Shown piece by piece: positions 62,150 to 64,000 of a stretch of DNA of 64,000 bases. The notes below the pieces were generated by a model. It saw only the letters and a program-made list of their open reading frames with translations, was not told the DNA's origin and made no database searches. Position 1 is the stretch's first letter. Each line of letters opens with the position of its first letter. The translations under genes were made by a program, and so were the position numbers. Source of the DNA: the human T2T-CHM13v2.0 reference genome, Homo sapiens; the NCBI RefSeq assembly GCF_009914755.1, contig NC_060937.1; one strand, 5' to 3'.

Positions 62150-62365
62150 TTGGCTAGAACATATTTATTAGGTGTCAGGCACTATGCTAAGTGCTTTATA
62201 TTTATGTTCTTATTAATCTTTAAAAAACTCTAAGATAGGTCCTATTATTATCCTCACTTTACTTATAAGAGGTCAGAGGCTTAGAGAGATTAAGTTTCCC
62301 AAAGCCACACAATTAGGAGGATCGTGAGGCTGGCATTCAACCCACATCATCATCTACTGTCTCTC
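62150..62365 (-). mobile_element. MIR
   Basis: tgtcaggcactatgctaagtgcttta...tattattatcctcactttac...gaggcttagagagattaagt. Confidence 0.82.
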
Positions 62366-62384
62366 ATGGCATCATTTAACAACA

Positions 62385-62494
62385 ACAACAACACAGAGTG
62401 GCTACACAGGCATTCATGGGAAGTAAGAAAAGTATTCAAAGATTATCTCTATATTGAGCCTTGAATATTGAGCAGAGGCTCCACTTGGAAACAT

Positions 62495-62548
<54 letters not shown>

Positions 62549-62800
62549 AAAAGAGCATCCCGGGCTGGCTGAAAAAATCTGTCCAGGCTAAAATTCAAGG
62601 AGGGAAGAATGTAAGAATGTGGAATGATCAGAGAAGTTGAAGAACCTCTAACCATGGGATGTGGAAGGCTATTGACAGGGTAACAGGCTGAAGAGGTGAG
62701 TTGGTACAAGTCAGAGTGCTATGGATACTGTGCAGAGAAGTTTAGAATATTTTTTAATAGAGAACCAGTTTAGTATTTAATGCCATCAGAAACATAACTT
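62385..62800 (-). mobile_element. Degenerate L2 fragment
   Basis: Weak: ttgagccttgaa, aagagcatcccggg, gagaagtttagaatatt. Confidence 0.45.
62497..62547. repeat. (CA)n microsatellite, ~21 pure units
   Basis: Direct reading. Confidence 0.95.
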
Positions 62801-62999
62801 GTTCAGGAAAGTGAAGGATTTATTGAAATGAGAAGAGGTTATACAGACCAACACTTGTATTTTTTTGTATTTCTTTTCTTATCTTTCTATAGTTTAATAT
62901 ATCCATTGATAAGTACTTCAGATTGTATACATAAAATATTAAATCTATAACTATATAATATCATATATATGTGTCTCCAGCTGTATTTGAAATATCCAA

Positions 63000-63097
63000 G
63001 GCTATGAAAAACTTGTTTTCTATCTCTTTTGTTTATATCATAATGCCTCCCATGCTGCTCTGAACAAAGTAAGTGCTAAATAAATGCTCATTTAATA
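63000..63097 (+). mobile_element. L2 3' end fragment
   Basis: acaaagtaagtgctaaataaatgct. Confidence 0.5.
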
Positions 63098-63416
63098 ACT
63101 TAGGAGGGTATCCTTGAAAATTAAGCTTTCTGGAAGGCATAGATTTACTGTTCTTAATCTTTCTTTGGAAGAGAACTGTTGAGATAAAAACACTTCTATG
63201 TTAAACATATAAAATTCAAATTTTGAATCAAGTATTGGTTTTCCAGGGGAAAAAATTACCATAACTTGAGATTATTGTAACTAAATATATAGTATATGTA
63301 AAAGTTAGACAAGGTGGTCACTACTCAGAAAGATGTGCTTTATTTTGTTTTCCAACTTCGACGTGGTATGGTTTTTAAAATGTATCTTCTGTGCTGGTTG
63401 CCTTTAAATAAGAAAT

Positions 63417-63468
63417 TGTGTGTATGTGTGTGTGTGTGTTTGTGTGTGGTGTGTATGTGCACATGTGT
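63417..63468. repeat. Degenerate (TG)n
   Basis: Direct reading. Confidence 0.8.
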
Positions 63469-64000
63469 CATGACACATGAGTAACAATGAGCTTGAAGGC
63501 TTTTGTACAGGGTGATGATGAATATTGATTGAATTCATGAACTGTTATCTATGAGCTGCTTCTCTGTTTTTTTAAAGGAATTGGTTATTAAGCAATGAGA
63601 GCTTTTAATGCTGAGTCCTATAATTATTGTGATGTCCTTTCTAACAGCTGTGTTCTCTATATGTGTATTTTTAGCGAAGTGATTATAAAAGCAGAACTAC
63701 ATGTTCTTCTGCCCAGAGTCCTCTCTACCTGCATCCATCAATTTTCCTGTCTTTTTCATCCGATAAACAGCTACCCCACTTACTTTGCAGTGAACTGTTG
63801 ATTTTAAGGGATCTTATTTTAAATTGCTGGATATATTCACTCTCTTTTCTTAATAAGCATATGTCCTGGACAAGTGTTATATGGATATTTGAATTTTAAT
63901 GGATATTCAATGTTTACATATGTCTTTCTCGATCTGGGATTGTGATGCCAGAGGATGTCAAGGTGTCATCAAATATTCTTAAAGGGCTTTGCCTCATCCC

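Overview
AT-rich primate (most likely human) genomic DNA made almost entirely of transposable-element relics. I see no host protein-coding exon, RNA gene or CRISPR array. Positions ~12.8-53.4 kb are a nearly continuous, deeply nested LINE-1 cluster (L1ME/MD/MC/MB/MA/PA layers) with Alus, a MaLR LTR, a Tigger4 transposase relic and a MADE1 MITE. The flanks hold a long L1PB, MaLR LTRs, MIR/L2 relics, microsatellites and short unique stretches. Highlights: (1) a full-length L1PA3/4 whose 5'UTR carries the exact junction of a spliced L1 RNA (SpIRE97/622-type); (2) a ~310 bp non-L1 poly(A)-tailed retrocopy with TSDs inside an L1MA4 3'UTR; (3) a candidate L1 3' transduction that ends at an LTR poly(A) signal; (4) several local templated duplications and a double fold-back replacing an Alu tail. 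Subfamily names come from remembered consensus sequences and need RepeatMasker/Dfam confirmation. I found no wholly new biological system; the findings are unusual instances of known retrotransposition and repair processes.
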